Of a stretch of DNA of 64,000 nucleotides, positions 52,874-64,000 are shown piece by piece. This DNA comes from Auanema rhodensis (lineage: Eukaryota; Animalia; Nematoda). The DNA is taken from assembly GCA_964057225.1 (NCBI GenBank), contig OZ059895.1, positions 9,238,001 through 9,302,000 of the forward strand. The letters are read 5' to 3'. Numbering within the stretch: the stretch's first letter is position 1; each line of letters opens with the position of its first letter. The translations under genes were made by a program, and so were the position numbers. Below the pieces are notes generated by a model that saw nothing but the letters and a program-made list of their open reading frames with translations, had not been told where the DNA came from and made no database searches.

Positions 52874-54678
52874 TCAGAAAACGATATCATGAAATTGGCC
52901 TGGTACAACAGCGTGACTTTTCTTAGGAGGCGCTCTCTGTTGAGCTTGATGATGATGGTGCATTCTGCCTCGGTTCACTTGACCACGAGGAGTATTAAAT
53001 TCAAAATGAGAAGTCTGAAAGTTTCAATAAATAAATGAAGAAAAGAATAGAAACTTTACTTTTCCATCAACGAGATCCCTTACATTATCTTGGGGGTGTG
53101 GGTAGGAGAAGAAAAATGCATGATTTAAGCAATCCTCTGCAGATAACCGTTTTGACGGATCCAAGCACAACAATTGATCTAACATATCCAAGCCTTTATC
53201 ATCCTGAATATAACTAACATAAGTTATGTTGACTATGATGACTAATACTTTAATATAATCTTTCATCCGATTAGCTAATAACCGTGGTTGATTTGGTTTT
53301 AATTCGACTTTATTATATAATGGGAGTTCAACAACTGTGGGCCACACTTCGGGAGTTATAGACCCGCATAACTGAACAATCAGATCTAACTGTTTTACCT
53401 CAGAATCTCCCTATAAATGTTCATTCAATAAAACGATTAAATTGACGAAAAAACCTGCATAATTGGAGTTCTCGTCCACAATTCGGCCATTATGCATCCA
53501 GCACCCCATGTGTCAATTTTAGTTGTATACTTACGATCCCCTATCAAATATGAAGTGAAAGCACGAATCTTTAAAATCATATACCTAATAATAACTCTGG
53601 AGGTCTATACCAAAGAGTTACTACCCTATTGGTGTACAGTTTCCCTGGCGCTGTACCAGAAAATGAAGAAAAAATATAAATACTCGTTAATTGCATGCTA
53701 ACTTACCACGAAAAAAAGGTCTGGCTAATCCAAAATCTGCTAGTTTGAGTACACCTTGATTTGTTAACAAAACATTGGCAGCTTTCATATCTCTGTGCAT
53801 TATACCAGATCTGTGTAATTTTGAAAGTCCACTTAGCATATGCTGAATAAAGAAATAATTTACAGAAAACTGTGAGAACAATTACCTTCATCAATGTTTT
53901 TATATGAGCTATATTCATTCGAATCTTTTGATCGCTTAATAACCCTGCTAAATCATGATCACAAAATGCGAAAACAAGGTAAAATGTTGATCTATCTTTT
54001 GGATTTGTAGAAGCTTAACAGGCTAAAATATTCCGGAACTTTCGAAAGATAACATACATTTACTACTACAGACTTCTATTAACTCTGTTACATTTTCATG
54101 TTTCAACTGTTGTAACATTTTAACTTCGCGAAGCGCAGTTATAGGAAACTGAAAATATATATTGAGAAAAAAGTTTTATAAAGCTAAGACACATACTCCT
54201 TCTTTCTCATTTTCCATTAAAATTTTTTTTAAAGCTACCATTCTGCTAGTGGATTTGCATCTAGCTTTAAATACTTCTCTGAAGTTAGAATAAATAGAAA
54301 ATATGATAATTTATAATTTTACCCAAATGTTCCTTGTCCTATTTTTGCTAATTTTTCATAACTACTAACATCTTTCATATATGGAAACTTTGTTTTTTGT
54401 ATATAATCCAACAAATTGGATGTAATCTTAAAAACAGTTGTTAAATGAATAATAAATTCTAATAACTGACTTTCGTTGCATTCATAGCTTCTATCTCCTC
54501 GGCAGTTGGAGGACCTCTGGGAGCATGAGAATTACTAAAAGAAGGAAGGTTATACTTGAAAATGATAAGAAACAAGCCTTGTATGATGTCTGTTGTCGCG
54601 AATCTGGGAATGTTGAGGTTGTTGTTGAGATTGTAAAGCAGGCATGACTGACTGTTGAGTCGATCCGCCTGGGAACAT
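52874..54678 (-). CDS. cdk-9: Cyclin-dependent kinase 9 (P-TEFb kinase)
   Basis: [72 protein letters not shown]. Confidence 0.96.
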
Positions 54679-55336
54679 TCTTCAAAAAAATATTTTAGGA
54701 CAATTTATGTTTCAAAGTTGTCTACAAACAGAGCAAACATATGCACACCATTATATTAAGGAAATCATTTGAACAACTAATAATACATTGATGAATATTT
54801 ATTTTTAACATTGAATGTTTTCAAAATGGCTACTATACAAACATATCTTTGTTACTCATATTTTATTGGAAAGAAAACTGTTTTGATTGTAAAATAATCA
54901 GATTATCAAATATAAAACAAAACAAAGTTTCAGCTAATAAAACCAAATGTTCATATTAAATATTGCACGTTAAAGCCCTGAGAAATCTACAAATTAAAAA
55001 AAGATAAAGCCAGTATAAGCCTAGTTAGAGAAAAGATGCCAATTTAGTATTAACAGTAGAGCGCATTTTCTATTATCGTCGTTCACAGACTTATATTTTC
55101 CAACATATGCAATTCTTTAATGAGGTTGACCGATGGATAATTTTTAATATCTTTTATTCTATTTATAAATCTATAATATTAAATTCCTAATAATTTCTCT
55201 TGCAAATAATAGAACTGAATGACAATTAATCAATTGGAGATTTGTTTCTTACTTATCTTGGCTCCCTCATGTGATTGCCCATACATGTTATATATCTTTT
55301 TTAAATTAAAAAAAACCTGACGACATTAATTTTAGT

Positions 55337-56280
55337 ATGATCTCTCCGATTGAATTTTTACCCGTTGAAACCTTGCTCCACATTTGCAAATTCTTGCCTG
55401 ATTCTGACATAGCTCGATTGTCTCATTGCTCGCGCACTTTGAGGTAAAAAACATTTAAAAAATTGTCTTTAATCATCTATTATACAACAGATGCAAGCTT
55501 GTAACTGGACGGAAAACCATTCCAAAATTCTCTGTTTATAAAGATACTATACACATAATTTTGAAAAAGAAAAGCATAACGATTCTAATAGAAAAAACAA
55601 GTCACCCGAAGAACATACTATTAAAACGTTTCTTCAGCAAGGCAAGTAATATTCAATTAAAAGCTCAAAATAGCTCTTTGCTTTCAGTATTCTAAATTAA
55701 ACGAATCTATTCAAAATTTAAACGTATATTGTAAAAATATGTTGATTGAATCAGCTGATCTCACACCCAAAATGGTCGACACTCTAATGCTGCTGAAGGA
55801 TTCGTGCAAAGATGCACGCCTCGCTTTAGTCCTAGGGAAATGCTCGGTATTCACTTATTGAGGAACTAGCGAACATATCTATTCTTCAATTAAGATTGAC
55901 AGTAGTGGTTTAAGAAGTATTTTCGAGAGTCTTCGACCGGCATCTCTGCGCATTAGGGGCACCTTCAAGCGTTCAGTTATTGACGATGATGTGGGTGTTT
56001 TGATTAATACAGAAACCCGATCAATATGTTTTATAGAGTATACCTGATTACCTCTGCGATATTGAAATTGAAAACGATCTCACTGATCCTACCAATGTGA
56101 TGACAATCGGTGACAAGACTTATAAGAAAATGCTAGATCAGTTCGAATGTTTTTCCAAATTGTGAGTTTTTATCTTTAATTGTTCTTGAATAATGAACTA
56201 TTTTAAGTCGAATCATGCGGCAGGCACCATTCCACATTCCTGATTATTCCTTCAGATACCCTACTCATATATCTAGATGA
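55337..56280 (+). CDS. F-box protein
   Basis: IEFLPVETLLHICKFLPDSDIARLSHCSRTLR fits the F-box consensus; downstream exons are open. An upstream exon near 55219 and a 3' end at 56396 are also possible. Confidence 0.65.
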
Positions 56281-56614
56281 ATATGTTTTCTTCCAATATT
56301 TCCTTTTTATGTTAATTCGAAAAACTGATACTCAAATTCACTGGCTTTACTATTCCTGAGCATGTAACACTTATGCAAACATATGGTCTCGGATAAATCT
56401 CTTCAAGCGAATTCCATTTCACTCTTTTTACTTTAAAATATGTTAATATGCGATCTGAATAAAATGTTTGTTATTTATTTTTTTTATTTTAATCTGCAAC
56501 CAGTGCCACTAATCTCACAAGAAAGTTTTAATTCTAATATAAAGTTATTGAGAAAAAACTTAACGAATTTCATATGGTTATGGCATTTAGAAAACATAAT
56601 TAGAATTCTCAAAG

Positions 56615-58579
56615 TTAAGATTTTTTAGGAGAGTAACGTGGTTGACAAGGGAATTCGGTTTCGTTATGTACTTTATACAAGCCGTTATTCAATACTACGT
56701 CTCCCTATAAATAAGATTATGCTTAACAGTTGGTACACTCTTCTAAACAAACTTGAATATCAGAACTGGACCCGTTTAAAAAATTATTTTGAGTGAATAA
56801 TATGCGAATGTCACTGTGAATGTATAATTTTCCCTTTTTATCCGTTGCCAACCTGGAACTCAACAATACTATAGAATTTATACATTTTACTTTACCTTAA
56901 ATGCAATAGATGAAGTAGTTTTTTCTCTTTCCCGTCTAATTTTCTCAAGGAATATCTTTGTCGTATAAATGTTTGTGACAATGGTGGCATATCATCAACA
57001 TCAAAATTGGTTATAAATGTTCGAAGCACAACATCATCGGGATTTGACAAAGTCTAAAAGAGTATAGGGATAGACATAACAATAGTTATAACTTACAACT
57101 TGTACAGTCCCTATTCTTGGAATGTTATATCCTTTTGTACCCAGCGAAGATAACGAAACTACTCCCTGTAAACAAAATATGTGTTAAGAATGTCTTAGGT
57201 GTCATACTAAGCATGGTAAAGACTCAAAGTCGTTAGAATCAAATACAAATACACGAACAGGTAGAGATGTCGAAGGTGAACAAAACGACCCAGTAGCAGC
57301 TATAAATACTTGAAAAAAAGATTTTTGAAGTTATACTCACTAATTTGCATTGAAAACCCTTCTAAGCTTTTTATAGGTTCCAAACGCCCTTTCAGAGCAC
57401 TCTCTTCGAAATTGCCCAATAAGCTCAAACTTTGCGAAGACTTGACTCCTTTCATTGCTCCTCGAAGCGTTATACTAAAATACTATTGTAGTATACCTCA
57501 CAAAGTGTTCAAAGTAAATAAATTTTAATTCACTAAAAACTTACTCGCTGTGCTTATTTGGAGGTACGGGGCTGGAATTAAGAAAACGAGACTATAATGG
57601 GAAGCCATTTCCATATACAAGTCTTTATAGAAATTACCTTGACTATACTACTCCTTGTTCGCTGTCGAGCTCTACTACCAAGGGATTCTTTCAGGGAATT
57701 AGCTAATTCTTCGACAAGATTTGAACTAGAACTAGAGGCATCACTACGAGGAACTGATTCATCAAGTCGTAATTGTTTGGCAATTGGTCCTTCATTATCC
57801 AAAGTCAAAACTTTGTGCTTAAGACTTAAGGTATCTTTGAAAAGCCTATCAACAGGTGAAACAGCATGTAACATCCTGGCACGAGACCCGATTGGATCGT
57901 TTATTCTGGAATGATATATATATAATTCACCGATATAGAATGTGATCTAACGGAAGGCAAAAAGAAGGTAAAGTAGGCAATGATTCAGCTTTCAGATATT
58001 CAACCTTAATACTGATTGCACATTCCGTATCCAATACACAATTAGGAAATTCATACACATGCTGCGTAGAATTTCTTAACGTAGATAAGCTGCCACTGTG
58101 ACTTCGCCTAAAAACAAGCGTAAATAAAAAAATTAATAATGAATACTATACCTATACATAGGAATGCAGCTACACGCACCAGGATCCGTAAGCCAATTGC
58201 TCAACTGTGAACGAGGCAAAAAGCAGCATATTGCTTTTTTAAGATCAACTGGCGAAACGTCGAAGTCCTAAGTTTCAAAGCCATTAAAATAATAGTTATA
58301 TTTAAAAAACCTCCAGAACGTTAGTAAGCTGAAAAGTCCATACTTCTACCACGAGGCCACAGAAACATTCTAGTCCACATGTTTCGTGCACAAGGACTGT
58401 CTAAACAAACTCTTGAATTAATATTCAAAGAGATACACAACCTCAACAATGCAATTCTTTTCTTTTAAATCAAAAACAGGTGGAGGAATAGCTGGAAATT
58501 CGGCATATGATTCAGCTCTTGCTGATGAGATCACAGAAACAATTTCATTAACAAGGCTAGAAAACATTTTCAAAGGCAT
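56615..58579 (-). CDS. Atossa/FAM214 family protein (DUF4210 plus Chromosome_seg domains)
   Basis: SLLGNFEESALKGRLEP, GVVSLSSLGTKGYNIPRIGTVQVTLSNP, DMPPLSQTFIRQR, LLHLLHLR, GKLYIHSDIRILF, PCQPRYSP match FAM214/ATOS conserved blocks. Start uncertain (up to ~58770). Confidence 0.85.
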
Positions 58580-58968
58580 TATACCAATGAGAGTAACTGA
58601 ATAAAATATAGTATATAAAGATATTACAAAACAAAAACAAACAGATTTGGTGGTGTTAAAATGCTTCGGTAAATTATCCAAGTTCTTATAAGCTGTGCAG
58701 ACGAGGGCTACAGGAGCATCTCAAACAAGTTTGAGGACAGCATCCCGTTCAAGCAGTTACAGCTTCCCTGTAATATAAACTGAATATATTAAGAACAAAA
58801 AGAAAAAAATATTGATTGAACTGTTATTGACAAATGAAATTTGAATAAAAAACTTATGAAATGTTTTAATTGACAACTTAACAACAATAAAATTTTGAAG
58901 ATTAACAAATTAAAAGGTCAAATATAACTAAGCAGCAATACAATCTAGACACTATCTTTAACAAAACA

Positions 58969-60078
58969 TTAACGAGCAGCAGCAGCGCTTCGGAAAATAC
59001 GACGACGCGTTTGTCCTGTGCTGTGTCTCTCTTTTTCAAATTCTTGCATAGTCTGTTCAACAGCTAACTCATGTTCCAAAGTTGATCCTGTTCTATAGGA
59101 AGCAACAAGATCATAATGCTGGTAGTCATTAACCTGATTTAAAAAGCAAAAATAAGATAATCAAATCAAAATAAATTTCTTACTTTTGTCTTATGAAACT
59201 TTCTTTTAAACCATGGAGTGGCACTACTCCAACTATTTTCAATACCTTTACAGTCATAAAGCTCCCATCGTCTGGTCCATGGTGGAGGCCTAAGCTTAAC
59301 CTGAAACAAATAAACTAAAAAAATTAACGAAAAATCCAAAACAACCTTAGTAGTGTTAATAGGGACAGGTGTTCCTGCAGGATGGGCTATAGGCTCAAGA
59401 TGGAAATCAAAAGTACTATACTCAGCAGGAGCATCAACCAAATAAGAAAGATCATTATCTAATCTTTTCTCTAATTTTAATGTTTCTATTTTCTTGATAG
59501 TTGGATTATACAGTTCGTACATAACCTCAACTCCTAGAAATTAGATAATTTAGTAATTGTTTTAAATGAAATACAATATTACCAATTCCATCAATAACAT
59601 TTCTTAAAGTGAATTGGTGCTTGAGACCTTCTCTCTCCCTTCTAATACATATTCCCACAAATCTATGTTCTTTACTGCCCAAATTAGGATCTACAGTTGT
59701 GACAGCAACAATGGAACCTAAGAGGACGGTACATAATTGCATGTAAGGAGTAGCTTACCAACATAAAACTCCGGAATATCTATATTCATGCGTCTTTCCA
59801 ACATATCATTACGTTGCAACTCTTCAAAAAGAGCATTTCTACGATTCCAAACAGGTGATTGTAAAAAATCGGGATATATTAAACTAAGAAAATAGATAGA
59901 AGTCGATTGTCACATTAATAACTTACGGAAAATCTGGAATATGATTGATGTGCTTCATTTTTTCTTTTAAGTTGCTTTTCTTCTGGGATGCTGATATGGG
60001 ATATGATGAACAGGCAAATCGCCGCAATGAATGCGATAATGACGATGAAGCAGTTTTCAAAGTTGTCCCCAGCGACAT
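58969..60078 (-). CDS. mrpl-19: Mitochondrial ribosomal protein L19
   Basis: [64 protein letters not shown]. Confidence 0.93.
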
Positions 60079-60351
60079 CTGAATCATGAAGTTATAAATG
60101 AAACCGAATTAACTTAAATGATAAAGTACATAAGGTTAATAACTCTAAAGAAAAAAAAAACATAATTGAGCAGCACTTATTAATATTTATAAATTTACAC
60201 CATAATATATAAGAAATGTCATTGAAACCCAGAAAATTGCATGCATTTAATACATGAATACAAAAATGACAGTAGAGTTAATAAATATGTTGAGATCATG
60301 ATAACTTTTAGAGAAATCACTGACTATTTAAAAATACGGTTCTCTTGCGCT

Positions 60352-60435
60352 TATCCCCCTACAACCCCATAGCTAGCTCCGCCCCATTTGCCGAATAGCA
60401 CACGGTTGTTAGGAGCAGCTCAACTAGGAGAGATA
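60352..60435 (-). other. GC-rich predicted stem-loop between rnf-145 and mrpl-19
   Basis: Minus-strand nested arms TATCTCTCCTA/TAGGGGGATA, AGCTGCTCC/GGAGCTAGCT and TGCT/GGCA in an AT-rich background. Confidence 0.45.
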
Positions 60436-60564
60436 TGATATGCTTATACCTGCATAATTTAACAAATTAATTTAGTTTGCAAATTTACAAAAAATATATA
60501 ATGCATCTTAACATCGGCAAAAGGGAGGGAGCAATAACTGAATAAACACCGGAAAAATTATAAG

Positions 60565-63270
60565 TTAACGAAACACATCGCCGTCGCTATCTGTACTTCG
60601 TAAAGTATATTCTGTATTAGCATTTGAGGAAATCGTGCTGTCATCCGAATCATAATCTCTAAATTTCAAGTCATTGATTGTTTCTATGAAAGAAGTTTGA
60701 AAACCGTTCTCTTAATAATGGCCACATATCTCTAGCTCCATCCATTCTATGAATTTCTCGCCATTCTGCATCTCTTGATGCTTCGTGTTCATCATGTTCT
60801 ACTGGTGGTTCCGTTGATATTTCAGTGTAGCACAGAGGACAGACCTTAAGTAAACACATAAATACTTATAATAAAACTCAGATGATTTTACTTGTTTCAC
60901 AGCTAGCCATTTTTTCAAGCACGAGCCATGGAAATAATGCTTACAAGGAGTAACTCTAGCTTCTTCAACCATTTCCATTATGCAAATTGCACACAAATCT
61001 CCACGATCTGATTAATCAAATTGCTCGATACTAACAAATATAGAAAAAATGAACACCTTTTAGCTCACTCCCGTTTGCTTTAGCTAACTGGCTGATGTTT
61101 TTCGTAGCTTGTCGACGCGATACCAGCATCGAATGCAAATCATCCATTCTATAAGAATGTCATCTACTTTGAAACATATCAATAACTTACTTGTTACATA
61201 TGTTGATAACAATATGAAATATTATTATTCCTAACGTTACTATAGTCCAGTCACCTGAAGAAGAACTATTAAAGTAAATTGAATGGGATTGAAAAAAACC
61301 TTGCACCACTAAAAATGTTCCATAACTAACAACAGTTACCGCAACCAGCAGCTCAACAGTTTTAGTGATTGCCTTGACGCCAAACAACAAATCATCGCTT
61401 TTCTCCCATGGTTCTGTAGAACGCGACTGTAAAATTCAAATAAGATGATTTCGAAATATTTCACTAACATCCACGACACCAATGAAATACTGAGCTATTG
61501 CAGACGCGCTATGTAGAGAAACAAGTACACTATGGGAACAAATGATTATACACCTGAAAAAGCTTATATGCCATTTTAATAAATTATAAAAAATACCATA
61601 AATCAAGAGGTAGGAAAGTTAAGATAGAATAGCACATTCCAATTGGAGCAAATAGAAGAAAAACAGCCAGAATAAGGCACCGTAAATGTCTACTCCTATT
61701 ACTACTGGGACATGCAGCCAATACTAGCATTTGTGGCTCCAAAAGCTGATACAAGGAATGCAAAAGAGCAGAGGCAACTTAACAATATCATATTATTCAA
61801 CAATAGAATGTAACAACTAACCAATGAATAAAGCTAGTCCCATTAAGAATGCTTTTTTCTCAGTTTTCATTCCAATTAAACTTGTTTGAGCACATAGAAG
61901 AACCAGAACAAAAGCTTCAGCATATCTATAATGTCTTCATTACTTGAAATATAAAAGACAGTATAGCCTACCCAGAGTTGTTAAGTACATGTCCATGATC
62001 CCTTCTGCCTCCTACCGCTAGCTGGGCACCATCGACAATCCATTTAGAAATATATCCAACCGTTAGAGCTAGCGAAAGTAAAGACAACGGTGTGTTAGTA
62101 CTTTCCGCTACTCCAGAAAGTAGTACAGGACCGGCTTCACGCCAAGTTCTTCCCTAATAAAGAAAATAAAAATAGCGGATTTTTCAACTACCTTTTCAAA
62201 AATTTCTACATATACTCGAATTCCAAATAAAGTTAACCAGGCAAATGTTAACAACTCTGCTAATCTTAAGCGGCGCCAAATCTCAGCACACCCTGATCTT
62301 TATCATGAAAACAATTTTTAATAAAGCAGATTACCTGAAACTAATCCTTGATTCACAAAAATGTTTTTTAAACTTCTTAGTGTGCTTCCTAAACCTTGTA
62401 ACATTTCTGGAACAAGGTATAAGATATACACACACATGAAAACCATAGCCATAGAACATGATATATTATGAGCTGAAGCAAGAAAATTAAAATATTATTA
62501 AATTTGACATTTATACCATATATCAAATTGCCTAAAGCTATTCCACACATTCGAGCTAAGATAGGTCCTGTGAACATTGCTAGGCAAACCCTACCAAAAT
62601 CATTCTCAATTCTCAGAATAAAAGCTTGGAAAACGGCTAAGAATACCTAAATTATGTTCATGAAATAGGTCTTCTTAATCAAACTAACTTGAGCAAAAAA
62701 ATGAAAACCATGTCTTTCTAACTTTACAAAATCGTCTAGATGAACTTCTTGTTGTTTAGATGACTGTTCAAGAAAAACGTATACACAGGATAAGTAGTGG
62801 GCGAATGCGAAAACTAAAACACTTAGTGCGCATGCATACATTCGAAAAAGCTTCGACAAAGGCAATGTAATAAGAAGAGCACTTATTATTAAAACTGTAG
62901 AAGAGAACAATTATAAATTTAAGATGAAATGATCGTGGAACCTGAGTAACTGAGAATAATGGCGGCGGATTGATCAAAATCTCTCCTATGAACAAAATCT
63001 AATATTGTTGAAATATCAAAATATGAATTAAAAGGAGCCTAAACAATAATGAATGTACTATCAAATACTACACGTTCAAACCTTTGAGAGCATTTCTTGC
63101 GATATTTCTTCAAAGCTCACATCCTTGTTTCTCCACCACAATTCCAACAATAATAAACCGGGTAGACGTAAAACAATATCACAAATTTCCTCAGCTATTA
63201 CTCTGAGTAAATTCATACCATCGGTCATCTGACCAAAATGTTCTGTGCGTTGTAAGCCAAAGTATTCCAT
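60565..63270 (-). CDS. rnf-145: TRC8/RNF145-family multi-pass RING-H2 E3 ligase
   Basis: N-terminal VLRLPGLLLLE, many TM exons, WEKSDDLLF, RING-H2 CAICIMEMVEEARVTPCKHYFHGSCLKKWLAVKQVCPLC. Confidence 0.9.
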
Positions 63271-64000
63271 TATCTATTGTTTGTAAAGAAAACTGATTTC
63301 ATTTGAGTTTGTGGCTGTAATATTTCGATTTATAAATAATATTTTGATAGTTTGACAATTATATAACTAGCAACTAAGTATCAGTTAAGAGAACTTTTCA
63401 GTTAACAAGTCATGTTTTTTTTGACTTCTTGGGAAGAAAAACAAAAAACAAATGACATAACAAACAGAAAATTACGTTCAAAGTTGCGAAAGCAAACGGA
63501 AGGCACATTACATCTGATCATGCACCAAAAAGACTCGCTTCAAATTATTAGAAATCATGCTATAATTTATGAAGCTCTTGTTTATAATACGACTTCCTAT
63601 ACCATTTAACGGGCTTCGTGAGCCTGATGAATAAGCAATTGATTCAAAAAGTGTAGGGTATCACACGCGCAAGTTTCGGAACGTAAATAGTATTGCCATA
63701 TTTGAATTTATTTAATTATCAAAACTTATGAAGGACCTGCTAGTCAATACTTCGCGGACTCAGCTGCCCATTCTTTTACGGTAAAACTTGAAAATTGTTA
63801 ATAAATAAAAGGGGTACGCAAACACGCGTGAAGTTATTGTTGAAGTTGAACCGTGCTAGCGAGAATATGCATAGGTTAATCTTCGATCTTTTCATAAAAT
63901 CCATTTCTAACTGTACTAGATTACTATTTTAGATCAAATATTAGTTTACATATTTTTTATAAACGTATATGATTGAGTTAACCCAATTGTGCTTTTCTAA

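Noticed and set aside
10849-57914. Antisense or out-of-frame ORFs in the track (e.g. 10849-11097, 13877-14122, 33128-33319, 37645-37932, 44900-45196, 57597-57914)
   Set aside because: Shadows of real exons on the opposite strand or frame, or microsatellite read-through.
56615-58760. Initial impression of a POT1-like OB-fold protein
   Set aside because: The C-terminal blocks match FAM214/Atossa instead.
59287-59295. GCCTAAGC telomere-template-like sequence (possible telomerase RNA)
   Set aside because: Lies antisense within mrpl-19 coding sequence (VKLRPP); no supporting context.
63412-64000. ORF 63412-63609 and CpG-richer tail as a gene
   Set aside because: No recognisable motif or splice pattern; more likely the rnf-145 promoter region.

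Overview
Eukaryotic, AT-rich, gene-dense DNA with very short (~45 nt) introns and operon-like gene spacing, most consistent with a rhabditid nematode. No rRNA, tRNA, CRISPR or transposon is evident. Exons assembled by eye give, in order: a small Lys/Glu-rich membrane-anchored nematode protein (+), a small multi-TM protein (-), two tandem highly diverged p120-RasGAP (RASA1/gap-3-like) paralogs (-), crtc-1 (+), UTP15 (-), DDX10 (-), xnp-1/ATRX (+), trak-1/Milton (-), copa-1 (+), wdr-12 (+), tep-1/CD109-like thioester protein (-), cdk-9 (-), an F-box gene (+), Atossa/FAM214 (-), mrpl-19 (-) and rnf-145 (-). Highlights: (1) four phase-matched, apparently mutually exclusive bait-region exons in tep-1, with intronic elements that can pair with one exon and a near-perfect hairpin; (2) a ~1.04 kb nearly identical block (introns included) covering the GAP domain of the two otherwise diverged RasGAP paralogs, one of which has lost its N-terminal SH2; (3) a GC-rich ~84 nt stem-loop between rnf-145 and mrpl-19; (4) several GC-AG introns and GAG/AAG acceptors. 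Gene boundaries are manual and unverified by RNA data.
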